From NCBI GenBank assembly GCA_024683645.1, contig JAIKYA010000090.1:530-64529 (forward strand): a stretch of 64,000 nt of DNA, written 5' to 3'. Below are positions 31,621-41,700 of the stretch, piece after piece. Position 1 is the first letter of the stretch; every line of letters starts with the position of its first letter. Below the pieces are notes generated by a model that was not told the DNA's origin, ran no database searches, and saw nothing but the letters and a program-made list of their open reading frames with translations. Position numbers and translations under genes: made by a program. This DNA comes from Lachnospiraceae bacterium. Lineage in GTDB: Bacteria; Bacillota; Clostridia; Lachnospirales; Lachnospiraceae.

Positions 31621-32298
31621 TTATACCTTGAAGTATTCGGGTCTTTTACTTCTTATCTCTTTCTCGTCTATCTGATATCTGTTCAGATGTTTATTTACCA
31701 GTTCTACCGCTGTCTTCTTATCCCTGGCCCTTATGGCTTCAAGCATCTTGCGGTGGTCTTCCACTACCTTGAAATCCTTCACCGTCGTCACCGAGAGATT
31801 TCGTACCCGGTCAAAATGCAGCATCAGCGTTGAATGTATCTCATATACTATGTCTTTCTCCGCTATATCATAGATGCTCTTATGAAAACTGTTATCCAGA
31901 TCAAATAGCTTATCCGTCATCCCTTTTGACAGGTAAAACTCCTGAAGGGATACATTTTCTTCCAGGACAGCGAGTCCGTCTTCATCGATACAGTCACAGG
32001 CCGTCTCTATCACCGCTGTATCAGTTATCCTTCGCAGGAACCTTGCTTCTTCGACCATCTTTGGATCGATCAGTGATATGAAGCTTCCTCTCTGCGGATA
32101 GGTTTCTATCAGATACGCCTTGGACAGTTCTATTATTGCTTCTCTCACCGGCGTACGTGATATCCCGAGCTCCCCTGCCAGTTCATTCTCCGATATCACG
32201 GTTCCGGGCTTCAGCTCAAGAGAGAGGATATTATTTTTCATGATCCGGAGCGCATAATCTCTTGCGTTCTCCCGTGGAAACTTGTTTTCTACCTTCAT
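31621..32298 (-). CDS. GntR (FCD) transcriptional regulator
   Basis: SENELA, SRTPVREA, FH and H residues of the FCD domain. Confidence 0.92.
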   Translation of the reverse strand: MKVENKFPRENARDYALRIMKNNILSLELKPGTVISENELAGELGISRTPVREAIIELSKAYLIETYPQRGSFISLIDPKMVEEARFLRRITDTAVIETACDCIDEDGLAVLEENVSLQEFYLSKGMTDKLFDLDNSFHKSIYDIAEKDIVYEIHSTLMLHFDRVRNLSVTTVKDFKVVEDHRKMLEAIRARDKKTAVELVNKHLNRYQIDEKEIRSKRPEYFKV

Positions 32299-32332
32299 TT
32301 TGGCCTCTCTCTGTCAGTATTTCAGCATCATG

Positions 32333-32352
32333 TATACTTGTATACAAGTATA
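32333..32352. promoter_or_regulatory. Putative GntR operator
   Basis: Perfect 20-bp palindrome TATACTTGTATACAAGTATA, 35 bp upstream of gntR. Confidence 0.75.
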
Positions 32353-32468
32353 TCTGTCTTATAATATACCAAAAAATGTTTTTTTTGTAAAACAATTTTT
32401 CAAATATTTATATATAAAATTTCAGAGGGATTTTTAGTGAAAGTGCTTACATAGAATTTCAGGGACTG

Positions 32469-32837
32469 TTAATCGGCAAGTTCCTTTATGATATCTATAA
32501 GTTCTTCCGGAGATACTCCGGAGATCTTCGCCTTATCCAGAGCCTCCTGCAGCAGCTGCTCTATCTGCTTCAGACTCTCCTCCCGCATCACTTCCTGATT
32601 CTGCGCTTTAACAAAACTGCCCTTTCCGGTATAAGACTCTATAAACCCGTCGCGTTCCAGTTCTTCATACGCACGCTTGGTCGTGATAAGGCTTATCCTC
32701 ATCTGCAGGGCCATATTACGCATGGAAGGGAGCGGATCGCCCGCTTTCAGCTCACCGCTCATTATCATTCCCTTTATCTGTTTTACGATCTGCAGATATA
32801 TCGGATCGTTGCTGGAATTTGAAATAATGATGTCCAT
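32469..32837 (-). CDS. GntR/YtrA family regulator
   Basis: PIYLQI, LPSMR, TTKRAYEELE, GKGSFV; start at MDIIISN after a GGAG SD. Confidence 0.92.
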   Translation of the reverse strand: MDIIISNSSNDPIYLQIVKQIKGMIMSGELKAGDPLPSMRNMALQMRISLITTKRAYEELERDGFIESYTGKGSFVKAQNQEVMREESLKQIEQLLQEALDKAKISGVSPEELIDIIKELAD

Positions 32838-32901
32838 TGTTTTTTCTCCGATCTTATAGCAAAGTGGATGCTCAGCTGTTGCATCCTTATTCAATGCTGC
32901 G

Positions 32902-33030
32902 TTTAAAGGTTCAGGCAGCTTTGCTGCCTGTCTATGCTGCACAAAGAATCGTCTTGGCAAGCTCGCTTGCCGGAGCGATTCCTTGTGCAGCATAGGCACA
33001 CGATCGAAGATCGTGTGCCCTTTGACCTTA
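32902..33030 (-). repeat. Four-way-junction palindromic element, copy 2 (inverted)
   Basis: Reverse complement TAAGGTCAAAGGGCACACGATC...CGCTCCGGCAAGC... aligns with copy 1, with compensatory changes. Confidence 0.85.
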
Positions 33031-33939
33031 ATGCCCTTCAATATTTTTATATTTCTTATCCATATATATCCAGCAAGGTATCCCAATTATGACCGCCGCT
33101 ACCGTGATGCATACCCCGACTGTGAACTGCCTTCCGTCAGCAAGCTCCTGCGTAAGGAACATGCTTATCAGCGTGTTTCCGACTGTATCTATGATCGCGT
33201 GTGCTATGATCGGTGCTATCACGGAGTTGCTCATCTTCCGCAGCAGCTGCATCACCGCGCCGAAACCGGTGCACATTACACACATCAGTGCTATGCCCAC
33301 ATAGGGAAAGCCCGGATGATCGAGGCCGTAGTTTAGGCCCATGTGTACGATCGCAGGTGTATGCCACAGTCCCCAGATGATACCGCCGATGATAAGCGAG
33401 CCGTGCAATCCGAACAGCTTTTCCAGTTTATCATAAAGGAAGGCCCTCCATCCCAGTTCCTCTCCGATGAGTATGATCATCGCGTAGTAGAACTCCACGC
33501 TCATGATCATATTATTGGCAAGCGCTGTGTAGATCCCTCCTTCCATCTTGAAGCTAAAGCCAGCCCCAAGACAGACAGTCACAAGGATACAGCTCAGAAC
33601 TCCATATGCAAGCGGGAGCAGAACAGCGAGTACATAAGCCTTCCCGTGCCCGGTGAATTTGGGATAAAGTATGCCATCCCGGAAGCCTTCATGAAAGCGG
33701 TACCTTGTGATGATGCAGGCGATACATGGACTGAAGGCCGCCAGGGTATAGAAGATGCCCGAAAAGGCCGTATCAGCCGCATCCGTAACATATACCACCG
33801 GTCCGAAAGTGAACATCAGGCCGAAGGAAATAAGCAGAAACAGAGCAATGCTCATAAACTCATTCTTTTTGCCGGAAAGACCACCAGGTCCGTCCCCCCG
33901 GTTTTTTCGCAGGTCGTAGAGGATATCGTTATTTGTCAT
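33028..33939 (-). CDS. CPBP (CAAX) intramembrane metalloprotease
   Basis: EELGWR, WGLWH, AHAIID. Confidence 0.9.
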   Translation of the reverse strand: MTNNDILYDLRKNRGDGPGGLSGKKNEFMSIALFLLISFGLMFTFGPVVYVTDAADTAFSGIFYTLAAFSPCIACIITRYRFHEGFRDGILYPKFTGHGKAYVLAVLLPLAYGVLSCILVTVCLGAGFSFKMEGGIYTALANNMIMSVEFYYAMIILIGEELGWRAFLYDKLEKLFGLHGSLIIGGIIWGLWHTPAIVHMGLNYGLDHPGFPYVGIALMCVMCTGFGAVMQLLRKMSNSVIAPIIAHAIIDTVGNTLISMFLTQELADGRQFTVGVCITVAAVIIGIPCWIYMDKKYKNIEGH

Positions 33940-34684
33940 AGTTCTCTGCTCCCTTCGTATAGGATCTGCAGGATAAGCGATAGGAGATGTAATACCCTGC
34001 AACGACGCCGTGCGGGATCAGGCAGAGCAGCGATATTACGCCGCCGCTCAGCTTTGCCAGCGCTCCTTTTATGGCTTCATTGTCGGCATGTCTGATCATG
34101 TACTGCATCTTTGCGGCGACCCCGCCTTCACCCATGAACCATTCGATATCACCGAACAGCCCATATATCGCAGCCGCAATGACTATGGCAACAAAAAAGA
34201 AGATGCGTATCGTGGCCGCGTATTTTGCGCCAAAGCGCAGCCCTGCAAAAAGCTCCACGGACATGGTGATGATGAGATAGAATACCATGCCCAGATATAT
34301 GAACGAGAAGTTCACATTCTGAGCGTATAAGAGCGAGACGATCATATCATTTATACGGCCTAAAAGATACATCACGAAGCAGAAAATGAAACACAGCGTG
34401 TACTTTGCGCCGACAACGGCAGCCACCCCTGCTTCACTGGCTGATGCATATGCATTCCATTTTCTTCGCTCATCGGTTACCAGCAGGTTATCCGTCATCA
34501 CACTGAATGAGAGCAGAAAAAGGAGCAACGATACAAGGAAGGCAGTTAATCTCCCATCGTTAAAGTATGGTTTGATCTTCATTCCGGCCAGATAGATGAA
34601 CGACGCCCATACTGCAAGCCCTGCCGCAATGCTGATAAGACGCTTTCGCATGATATATAAGTCTTTTAAGATAAAACCTCTCAT
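33929..34684 (-). CDS. ABC-2 transporter permease
   Basis: MRGFILKD, DE..KW, VGAKY; six TMs. Confidence 0.8.
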   Translation of the reverse strand: MRGFILKDLYIMRKRLISIAAGLAVWASFIYLAGMKIKPYFNDGRLTAFLVSLLLFLLSFSVMTDNLLVTDERRKWNAYASASEAGVAAVVGAKYTLCFIFCFVMYLLGRINDMIVSLLYAQNVNFSFIYLGMVFYLIITMSVELFAGLRFGAKYAATIRIFFFVAIVIAAAIYGLFGDIEWFMGEGGVAAKMQYMIRHADNEAIKGALAKLSGGVISLLCLIPHGVVAGYYISYRLSCRSYTKGAENYDK

Positions 34685-34715
34685 ATCCGCTTCCTCCGAA
34701 ACTTCCCCGCGCTGC

Positions 34716-35453
34716 TTACAATTCTTCCTTTTCAACTATCCTGACCGACAAGCGGTAACTCAGATACATTATCAATCCCGAGATAAGAGGCAGTAAATAT
34801 ATGAGTACATCCCATCTGAATGCTGCCAGAACCTTTATCGTATTTAAAAATCCCTCTTCATCAATAACGGCATAAGCCCCTACGGCTATCGCTCCCAATA
34901 TGATCACGGTACAAATGATGATGAATGAAAGCCGCTTGTTTTCACGCTTCCTGCAGTGCAGATTTACGGGAAGCAGATAAGCCTCCATCAGAAGCCCCCA
35001 GCTCATAAAAGGCAGGATATAACGAAAAACCGATCCGGGCTCGTTCTTTCCGCCAAGTATAAGAAGCGCGGGAACGACAATGAGCATCAGCGCAAAACAG
35101 AAGAACATCATCAGCAGCACACTCAGGTACTTTGCTCCTATATATGCTTTTATGCTCAGGCCGCTGCATTTCATGTGCTTATGCCAGCCGCACATATGAT
35201 CCGTAAATATCAGATTCCCGCTGCCATCCACTATCCCGGCGATAAACATGATAAATATCATCGGCGGAATTAAACTTGAGACATTCTTCAGTAACGACTC
35301 GATATCCGCGGGATCCATATACTTTGCGATATTGCCGTATCTTGCCGAGAGCAGTACCAAAGCCGCCGCAACGAAATAAGCGAGCCCCAGGGCAAAGCCA
35401 AGCAGTATACCCTTTTTTGAAAGATATATTTCCCTGTAGATCAGTCCTTTCAT
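34716..35453 (-). CDS. ABC-2 transporter permease
   Basis: MKGLIYRE, D...GW, IGAKY; ATGA overlap with the ATPase. Confidence 0.8.
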   Translation of the reverse strand: MKGLIYREIYLSKKGILLGFALGLAYFVAAALVLLSARYGNIAKYMDPADIESLLKNVSSLIPPMIFIMFIAGIVDGSGNLIFTDHMCGWHKHMKCSGLSIKAYIGAKYLSVLLMMFFCFALMLIVVPALLILGGKNEPGSVFRYILPFMSWGLLMEAYLLPVNLHCRKRENKRLSFIIICTVIILGAIAVGAYAVIDEEGFLNTIKVLAAFRWDVLIYLLPLISGLIMYLSYRLSVRIVEKEEL

Positions 35454-36328
35454 TGCCACTTATCCTTTCCGCGGTTTACGTAGAACAGCATGATCTCTTC
35501 CAGCGTGGTCTTATCGATCACTGCTCCCGAATACTTCTTTGCCGCCAATGCCCTGTCCGCCACCATCAGCTCCGCACCGAAATCCGTAACCCTTGCACTG
35601 ATATAATCCGCCTTGTCTATATCCCCAAGCTCCCTGCTGCCTATCTTCATCAGTCCGTGCCCATCCAGTATCTCATCCTTCACGCCGCTCAGCAGCATTT
35701 TTCCTTTATCTATAAAGCTCACGCGGTCAGCGACCTTTTCGAGATCAGAAGTGATATGCGAAGACATCAGTATCGCATTCTCCTCATCCTGCAGATATTC
35801 CAGGAAGATATCCAGTATCTCGTTGCGGACCACCGGATCCAGACCTGTTGTCGCTTCGTCCATTATCAGCAGCCTTGCATGATGCGAAAGCGCCGCCGCT
35901 ATCTGCAGCTTCATCTTCATGCCCTTGGAAAACTCCGCAAACTTCTTTTTCGAAGGCAGCTGCAGCCTGTCAAGATATCCGAAAAAAACATCGCTGTCCC
36001 ATCTGCCAAACACCCCCCGGAGCACTTTGTCCAGCACGTGCGCGTTCAGTTCCTCATTAAACGGAAGTTCGTCAAAAACTGCCGAGACCAAAGCCTTTAT
36101 CTCATATTCCTTCTTTGGCATATCCATGCCCAGAAGCTTTATCTCACCCTCATCTCTTTTGATCAGATTCAGCAGGCAGTTGATGGTCGTGGTCTTGCCT
36201 GCGCCGTTCTGTCCTATGAAACCCATGATGCTCCCCTTCGGCACTTCGAAAGATACCTTATCCAGGGTAAAGCCGTCATATCTCTTTGTCAGATCCTTTA
36301 TCTCTATAGCATTTTCGTATTCCATCAC
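35450..36328 (-). CDS. ABC transporter ATP-binding protein (YtrB-like)
   Basis: GQNGAGKT, FSKGMKMK, DEATTGLDP, SSH. Confidence 0.93.
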   Translation of the reverse strand: MMEYENAIEIKDLTKRYDGFTLDKVSFEVPKGSIMGFIGQNGAGKTTTINCLLNLIKRDEGEIKLLGMDMPKKEYEIKALVSAVFDELPFNEELNAHVLDKVLRGVFGRWDSDVFFGYLDRLQLPSKKKFAEFSKGMKMKLQIAAALSHHARLLIMDEATTGLDPVVRNEILDIFLEYLQDEENAILMSSHITSDLEKVADRVSFIDKGKMLLSGVKDEILDGHGLMKIGSRELGDIDKADYISARVTDFGAELMVADRALAAKKYSGAVIDKTTLEEIMLFYVNRGKDKWQ

Positions 36329-36347
36329 TATCCTCCGAAAGCTAAAT

Positions 36348-36406
36348 CGTTATGATTGTATATATCCGATATGCACAATCATAACGCCCGTTCCGCTCTC
36401 TGTCAA
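36348..36406 (-). promoter_or_regulatory. Promoter with overlapping YtrA-type operator
   Basis: TTGACA-N17-TATGAT; 12-bp inverted repeat CGTTATGATTGT-N15-ACAATCATAACG covering the -10. Confidence 0.75.
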
Positions 36407-36456
36407 GTATATTTCCAAAATATCTTTGCAAACGCTCCTCATTGTGAGAAAATAAC

Positions 36457-36483
36457 AAGACAAGGGGACGCTCCTTCTGTCTT
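36457..36483. repeat. REP-like palindromic element
   Basis: AAGACA-AGGGGACGCTCCTTC-TGTCTT; same core as 21685-21715. Confidence 0.65.
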
Positions 36484-36507
36484 AAAACACAAGTGAGGTA
36501 AAAAAAT

Positions 36508-37512
36508 ATGGGTATACTTTGTGCTGGTGAAATGCTGATCGATTTTACTCCCGTTAATGTTCCTTCCGGTACTGCCTACATGGCCAATCCCGGCGGTGCC
36601 CCGGCCAATGTTGCCGTCAGCGCTGCCAGAAACGGCATTACTTCAGCTTTTCTCGGCAGGCTCGGAAATGATGACTTCGGAAAACTCCTGCTGAAGACGC
36701 TTATCGATAATAAGGTGAAACCGCTTATACCTGAACTTACGGATGAAGCGACCACCACCCTTGCCTTCGTAACTCTGGATGAGCATGGTGACCGCTCATT
36801 TACCTTTGCAAGAAAGCCGGGAGCGGATATGCTCCTTACAGAAGATGATGTCGATAAAGTCGACTTCGCTGAATGGGATATCGTACATGCAGGCTCCGTA
36901 AGCCAGTCGGGCAACGGCACTCCGGAACGCGATGCCATACTGCTGGCTCTTAAAAAAGCTAAGGCTGCCGGAAAGCTCGTCAGCTTTGATATCAACTACC
37001 GCGATAAGATCTGGAGCTTTGCGGAATGTCTGAAAGAATCCGAAAAAATATATCCGCTCTGCGATCTGATGAAACTCTCCGAAGAGGAACTCGCCTTTGC
37101 GGGCGGAGAAACCAATCTTCCCGCATTTATGAAAGAACATGATATCGCAGTGATCGCGCTGACGCGTGGCAGCGACGGTGCACGCATATACTTTAAGTCA
37201 GCGGATAAACTCACGGAAAACGCAAAAGACTGGTCTTATTCCGGAGACGGCCTCGTATTTTTTACCGATATAGCATCAATGAAAGTTGATCATGTAACCG
37301 ATACAACAGGTGCCGGAGATGCCTACTGGGGCGGCTTCTTATCCTCACTGCTCGATCAGGGTATCCGAAAAGTAACGGATATATCTCCCGAAAAGCTGCG
37401 CATTGCAGGCATATACGGTGCAGTATCCGGAGGCTTATGCATACAGAAAAGCGGAGGCATCCCGGCCATACCTTCAAAAAAAGAAATAGAAGCGCATCTC
37501 ATAAACATGTGA
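36508..37512 (+). CDS. PfkB carbohydrate kinase (fructokinase-like)
   Basis: GEMLIDF, PGGAPANVA, DTTGAGDAY. Confidence 0.92.
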   Translation: MGILCAGEMLIDFTPVNVPSGTAYMANPGGAPANVAVSAARNGITSAFLGRLGNDDFGKLLLKTLIDNKVKPLIPELTDEATTTLAFVTLDEHGDRSFTFARKPGADMLLTEDDVDKVDFAEWDIVHAGSVSQSGNGTPERDAILLALKKAKAAGKLVSFDINYRDKIWSFAECLKESEKIYPLCDLMKLSEEELAFAGGETNLPAFMKEHDIAVIALTRGSDGARIYFKSADKLTENAKDWSYSGDGLVFFTDIASMKVDHVTDTTGAGDAYWGGFLSSLLDQGIRKVTDISPEKLRIAGIYGAVSGGLCIQKSGGIPAIPSKKEIEAHLINM

Positions 37513-37523
37513 GGAACAAAAAA

Positions 37524-38786
37524 ATGAAAAGCAAATATATGATAGACACAAAGGAAAACAGGGAATTTCTCAGAAATAACGCACAGGCTCTTCTGGATTT
37601 CGGGAGACGCTTTCCCTCACCGGGAGGCAGCAGTTACTATCTTTCTGATGACGGCACTCCATGGAAAGAAAAAAACCGGGAAACATGGATCAGTTGCCGC
37701 ATGACACACGTATACAGCATCGGCACGATGATGAGAGATGCAGGAAGCAGAGAACTCGCTGAAGCAGGACTCCGCGGACTTCTCGGTGAACTCAGAGATA
37801 AGGAGAACGGCGGCTGGTATGCAGCTCTTACATCCGCCGGCGATATCGTCCCTTCCAAACAGTGTTATGCCCACGCCTTTGTGATACTTGCTGCCACAAG
37901 TGCCGCTCTTGCAGGGCTCGACAAAGCAGACACACTTCTTAATGATGCACTCGATATCTATGATAAAAAATTCTGGGATGAAGACAAAGGACTGGCTTAT
38001 GATACCTGGAACACAGAGTTTTCCGTACTTGATGACTATCGAGGCATCAATGCCAATATGCACAGCGTTGAGGCTTTTCTTGCAGCCGCAGACACTCTCG
38101 GAGATGCCGGAGAAAAATACCGTATCCGTGCCGGCAGGATCATAGATCATGTCATCGGCTGGGCAAAGGAAAACAACTACAGGATACCCGAACACTTCAC
38201 CTCTGACTGGCTGCCGGATCTGGATAAGAACCGCGAAAAACCCGACGATCCTTTTAAACCCTACGGTGCTACTCCGGGGCACGGCATAGAATGGGCCAGA
38301 CTGATAAGCCAGTGGGCCTGCTCGGTAAATGACTTTAAAAATAACGCATATGCAGCTGCCGGAGAGTATATAAAAGATGCCTGCCGTCTATACGACAGGG
38401 CTGTGGCAGATGCCTGGAATGCGGACGGAGCCCCGGGCATAGTTTACACGACAGACTGGAACGGCAAACCCGTGGTCCATGACAGGATGCACTGGACCCT
38501 TGCGGAAGCTATCAATACTTCAGCCGTACTCTACAGAATTACAAACGAAAAAAAATATGCCGACAATTACGCCGGCTTTATGACTTATCTCGATACTACC
38601 GTACTTGATCATTCCTGCGGTTCATGGTTTCACCAGCTTGATGAACACAACCGCCTGAAAGAAACAGTATGGCCCGGAAAGTCCGATCTCTATCACGCCA
38701 TCCAGGCCATGCTGATACCTTATGCAAAATGCGGTGTTTCGATTGCCAAAGCTATACAAGCTGATCCAGTATATAAGGATCTTTGA
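37524..38786 (+). CDS. AGE-family epimerase/isomerase (mannose isomerase/YihS-like)
   Basis: YAHAFV, NANMHSVE, TPGHGIEWAR, RMHW, WPGKSDLYH. Confidence 0.9.
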   Translation: MKSKYMIDTKENREFLRNNAQALLDFGRRFPSPGGSSYYLSDDGTPWKEKNRETWISCRMTHVYSIGTMMRDAGSRELAEAGLRGLLGELRDKENGGWYAALTSAGDIVPSKQCYAHAFVILAATSAALAGLDKADTLLNDALDIYDKKFWDEDKGLAYDTWNTEFSVLDDYRGINANMHSVEAFLAAADTLGDAGEKYRIRAGRIIDHVIGWAKENNYRIPEHFTSDWLPDLDKNREKPDDPFKPYGATPGHGIEWARLISQWACSVNDFKNNAYAAAGEYIKDACRLYDRAVADAWNADGAPGIVYTTDWNGKPVVHDRMHWTLAEAINTSAVLYRITNEKKYADNYAGFMTYLDTTVLDHSCGSWFHQLDEHNRLKETVWPGKSDLYHAIQAMLIPYAKCGVSIAKAIQADPVYKDL

Positions 38787-41700
38787 TCTTCTGATCCTCG
38801 GCAAAAAAGATTATCTTTGAAAGAACCTCGGCAGTCTTGGGATCATCATCAACAAACGGAAGGAAGATACGCCCGCGGTGCTGTGAATGAACGGGAAGCA
38901 CATTTATCATCGGGCCGCCTTCCTGATGGATCACACCGCTGCCGAGATGCACACTGTAGCTTCCGCGTTCTCCTTTGATCAGAGCATGTGAATCGGTGAA
39001 CGTCACATTCTTCAGTTTGAACATCGGAATTACAAACTCCGCTATAGCTTTTCTCATCTCTATAGTCGAGTGGGACATCTCCGGATCTATCTCTCCGGCA
39101 TGCGCCACGCTCACCGCCATATCCACATCACGCATAACCTCAGAGAATATTATATCAGGGATCTCACTGATCGGTTTTTCCTTAAAACTCTTCCTGTCAT
39201 AGAAGGCAACCCATTCCAGAGTCGGAGCTTCTATATCACTGGGCGAGAACCAGTCTGCCAGTGCATAGATCGTGGCGATCAGATTCTCTTTATAATATAC
39301 TTTCTGCAGACCTTCTTCGGCATCCGCGATCCATCTGCGGTTTCTCAATGCTCCGACAGTAATCTTCGGATTGATCTGGTTGCCCGCATAACGTTCACTT
39401 CTTATCTGCTGCATCTCGTCATCCGTCTTTATATACAGCTCGCGGAATATCTGTTTAAACGGCTGTCGTATCTCCTTTTCAAAACAGATCTTCTGGAACT
39501 CATGCCATCTGCCTGCCTTAAAAAGCTGATACGGGTGTGCTACCAGCAGCCGCTCATCCGCTTTAAATCCTGCATCTTTTATATCCGATACAAAACCGAT
39601 AAAATCTCCTTCGGCCTGTATGTATAGCAGCCTGTTTACTATCGGGCCGGAAACAGGATCACTGCTCATGTCCAGTATCTCTTCCGCAAGATACTGCGTT
39701 TCATTTTCCATCGCCTCTTCCAGCATCTGCTTTGTTCTGCGATACTGTTCGGTAAATGTTTTCTTTGCCTCCTGTATATCAAGTACATACTCATCCTTTT
39801 TTATCGCCGCCGGAAGGGATTTCAGTATCTTACCTGCCTTCTCCGCAACAAGACTTACCTTGCCTTCCCCGTCGGCTTCCAGATACAGGCTGTATTCTCC
39901 GACTTCGTGAGCTTTAAAGAAGCCCAACAGTTCCGAGGCTATCTCCCTTTCCATTTTGAGAGAGAATCTCGTATCATCTTCATAACCGGATGCCTTGGCC
40001 AGATTCTTGACTGCCATTTCCGCCGCAGCTTTTTCGCTGGCCCTCCTCTGTGCTCCGAACTGTTTGGATCCTTTCAGGAATTTCTGAATAAAAGCATAAC
40101 GTTTTTTGATCTCATTGCTCTTTGCCGGGATCAGTGCGTACGCCATCAGCAGATCCTTGTTACGCTTATCCTCTATCTGTTTCTCCGTCTCTTTCGCGTC
40201 CATCTTTCCGCAGGCAGCATCGGAATACTTTCTCGCCCTCGTGTGCTTTGCACCGTCGGAGATATATTTTGCCGCCTTATAGATCTCGTTGAAACGCTTA
40301 TCACCGAGCAGGCCGTATACTTCCTTAAACCAGTCTATGTCAAAAGCTCCCGTATTCAGCTCATCTTCCGTAAGAGGCGTATATTTTGCGATCATAGCCG
40401 CTCTCTTGTTGTCAAACTTTTCATTCATATGAGCCATGAAATAATAACAGCCCGAGATAAAGCCTTTCCAGCCGAGATATTCATTGATCACCGGCAGCCA
40501 CTCCGGTGAATACAATCCGGCTTCGATCAGACGCGCTTCTTTGATATCCGTTCCCTTTATCAGTTTTTTCAGCTGCTTTGCCTGCTCCTTCTCATCTCCG
40601 TCCTTCGGATCCGGAATACATACCGACAAAAGATGAGAGAGACTTTCCTTTTTCGATACTCCCCTGTTTCCGTAACTGTAATAATAGTAATATACGGACC
40701 TGTCCAGAGTATCATTCCCGAGCGCCAGCAGTATACGCACAAAATACTTCAGCCCGTATATCCTCTTCATGGAACGCAATGCTCTTGAATACTCTGTTTC
40801 CGTATCACCACGCACAAGTTCACGATCCATTACAAGGGGCGTGATATTTTCATAACACTCTCCGGCAAGCTCCAGCTTCCTGCCATCGCTCTCCGACAGC
40901 CCGTTCAGATCGATCTCGTCATATTTTTTCTTAAACAGATTTTCGAGTGCGGCGCGCTGTTTATATGCGTTGTTTGAGTATCGCTGTCTTGTCGCTATAC
41001 TCCGGTCGGCCTCACGCACACAGCAGATCAGCGAAGATATCTTATCAAGGGTGTCTTCCAGAAGATCCTCCCCAAGTATTTTTTTGTACATAAAGTCCCT
41101 GGAAATATATCCGGCATCCACAGCACAGATATAGTCTCCGAGCAGCGGAGTATATAAAAGTTTCTTATCTCTCGCATAGTATGAAGCTTCCGTAGTCTGA
41201 AGGGCAGTCATTTTTCTGTACACCTTCTCACTGAATTCATACATGATCGGAAAGTTTCTGACATCAGAGGACAGACCTGTCAGAAGTCTGCTCACAAAAG
41301 GCAGATTGGTAAAAGGAAAAGCGTAGGTCTTATCCTTATCCATATTTCTCCTGGTCCACTGCTGCGTCTCTTTATCGGACTTGTACTCATAAACCAGACT
41401 GTCCTTACAGTTGCAGATATAATAAGCAAAAAATGCAGCTGTTTTCTGTCTTGTCCCATCTAATGCTTTTCCTGCATTTTGGCAGCAATGCGACAGTATC
41501 CTTCGCACATGCTCGGGATATCTCAGTTTCAGTCCGCTATATTTCGGATCAGCACCCCCGAGCACATTGGAAATGAACGGCCGGAAATGCTCTGCAAGTC
41601 CCGTCACCGTGGAATGGTATGCATAATAAGACGTATACATCAGATCGATACGCACAGCCTGCTCGGGAGTCATATTCTTCTCATAGAAATCGTCCCACAG

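Noticed and set aside
32838-33086. N-terminal extension of the YtrA ORF and ORF 27543-27893 sharing 'SLRQASLP'
   Set aside because: The shared peptide is just translation of the repeated palindromic element; real starts with SD lie elsewhere
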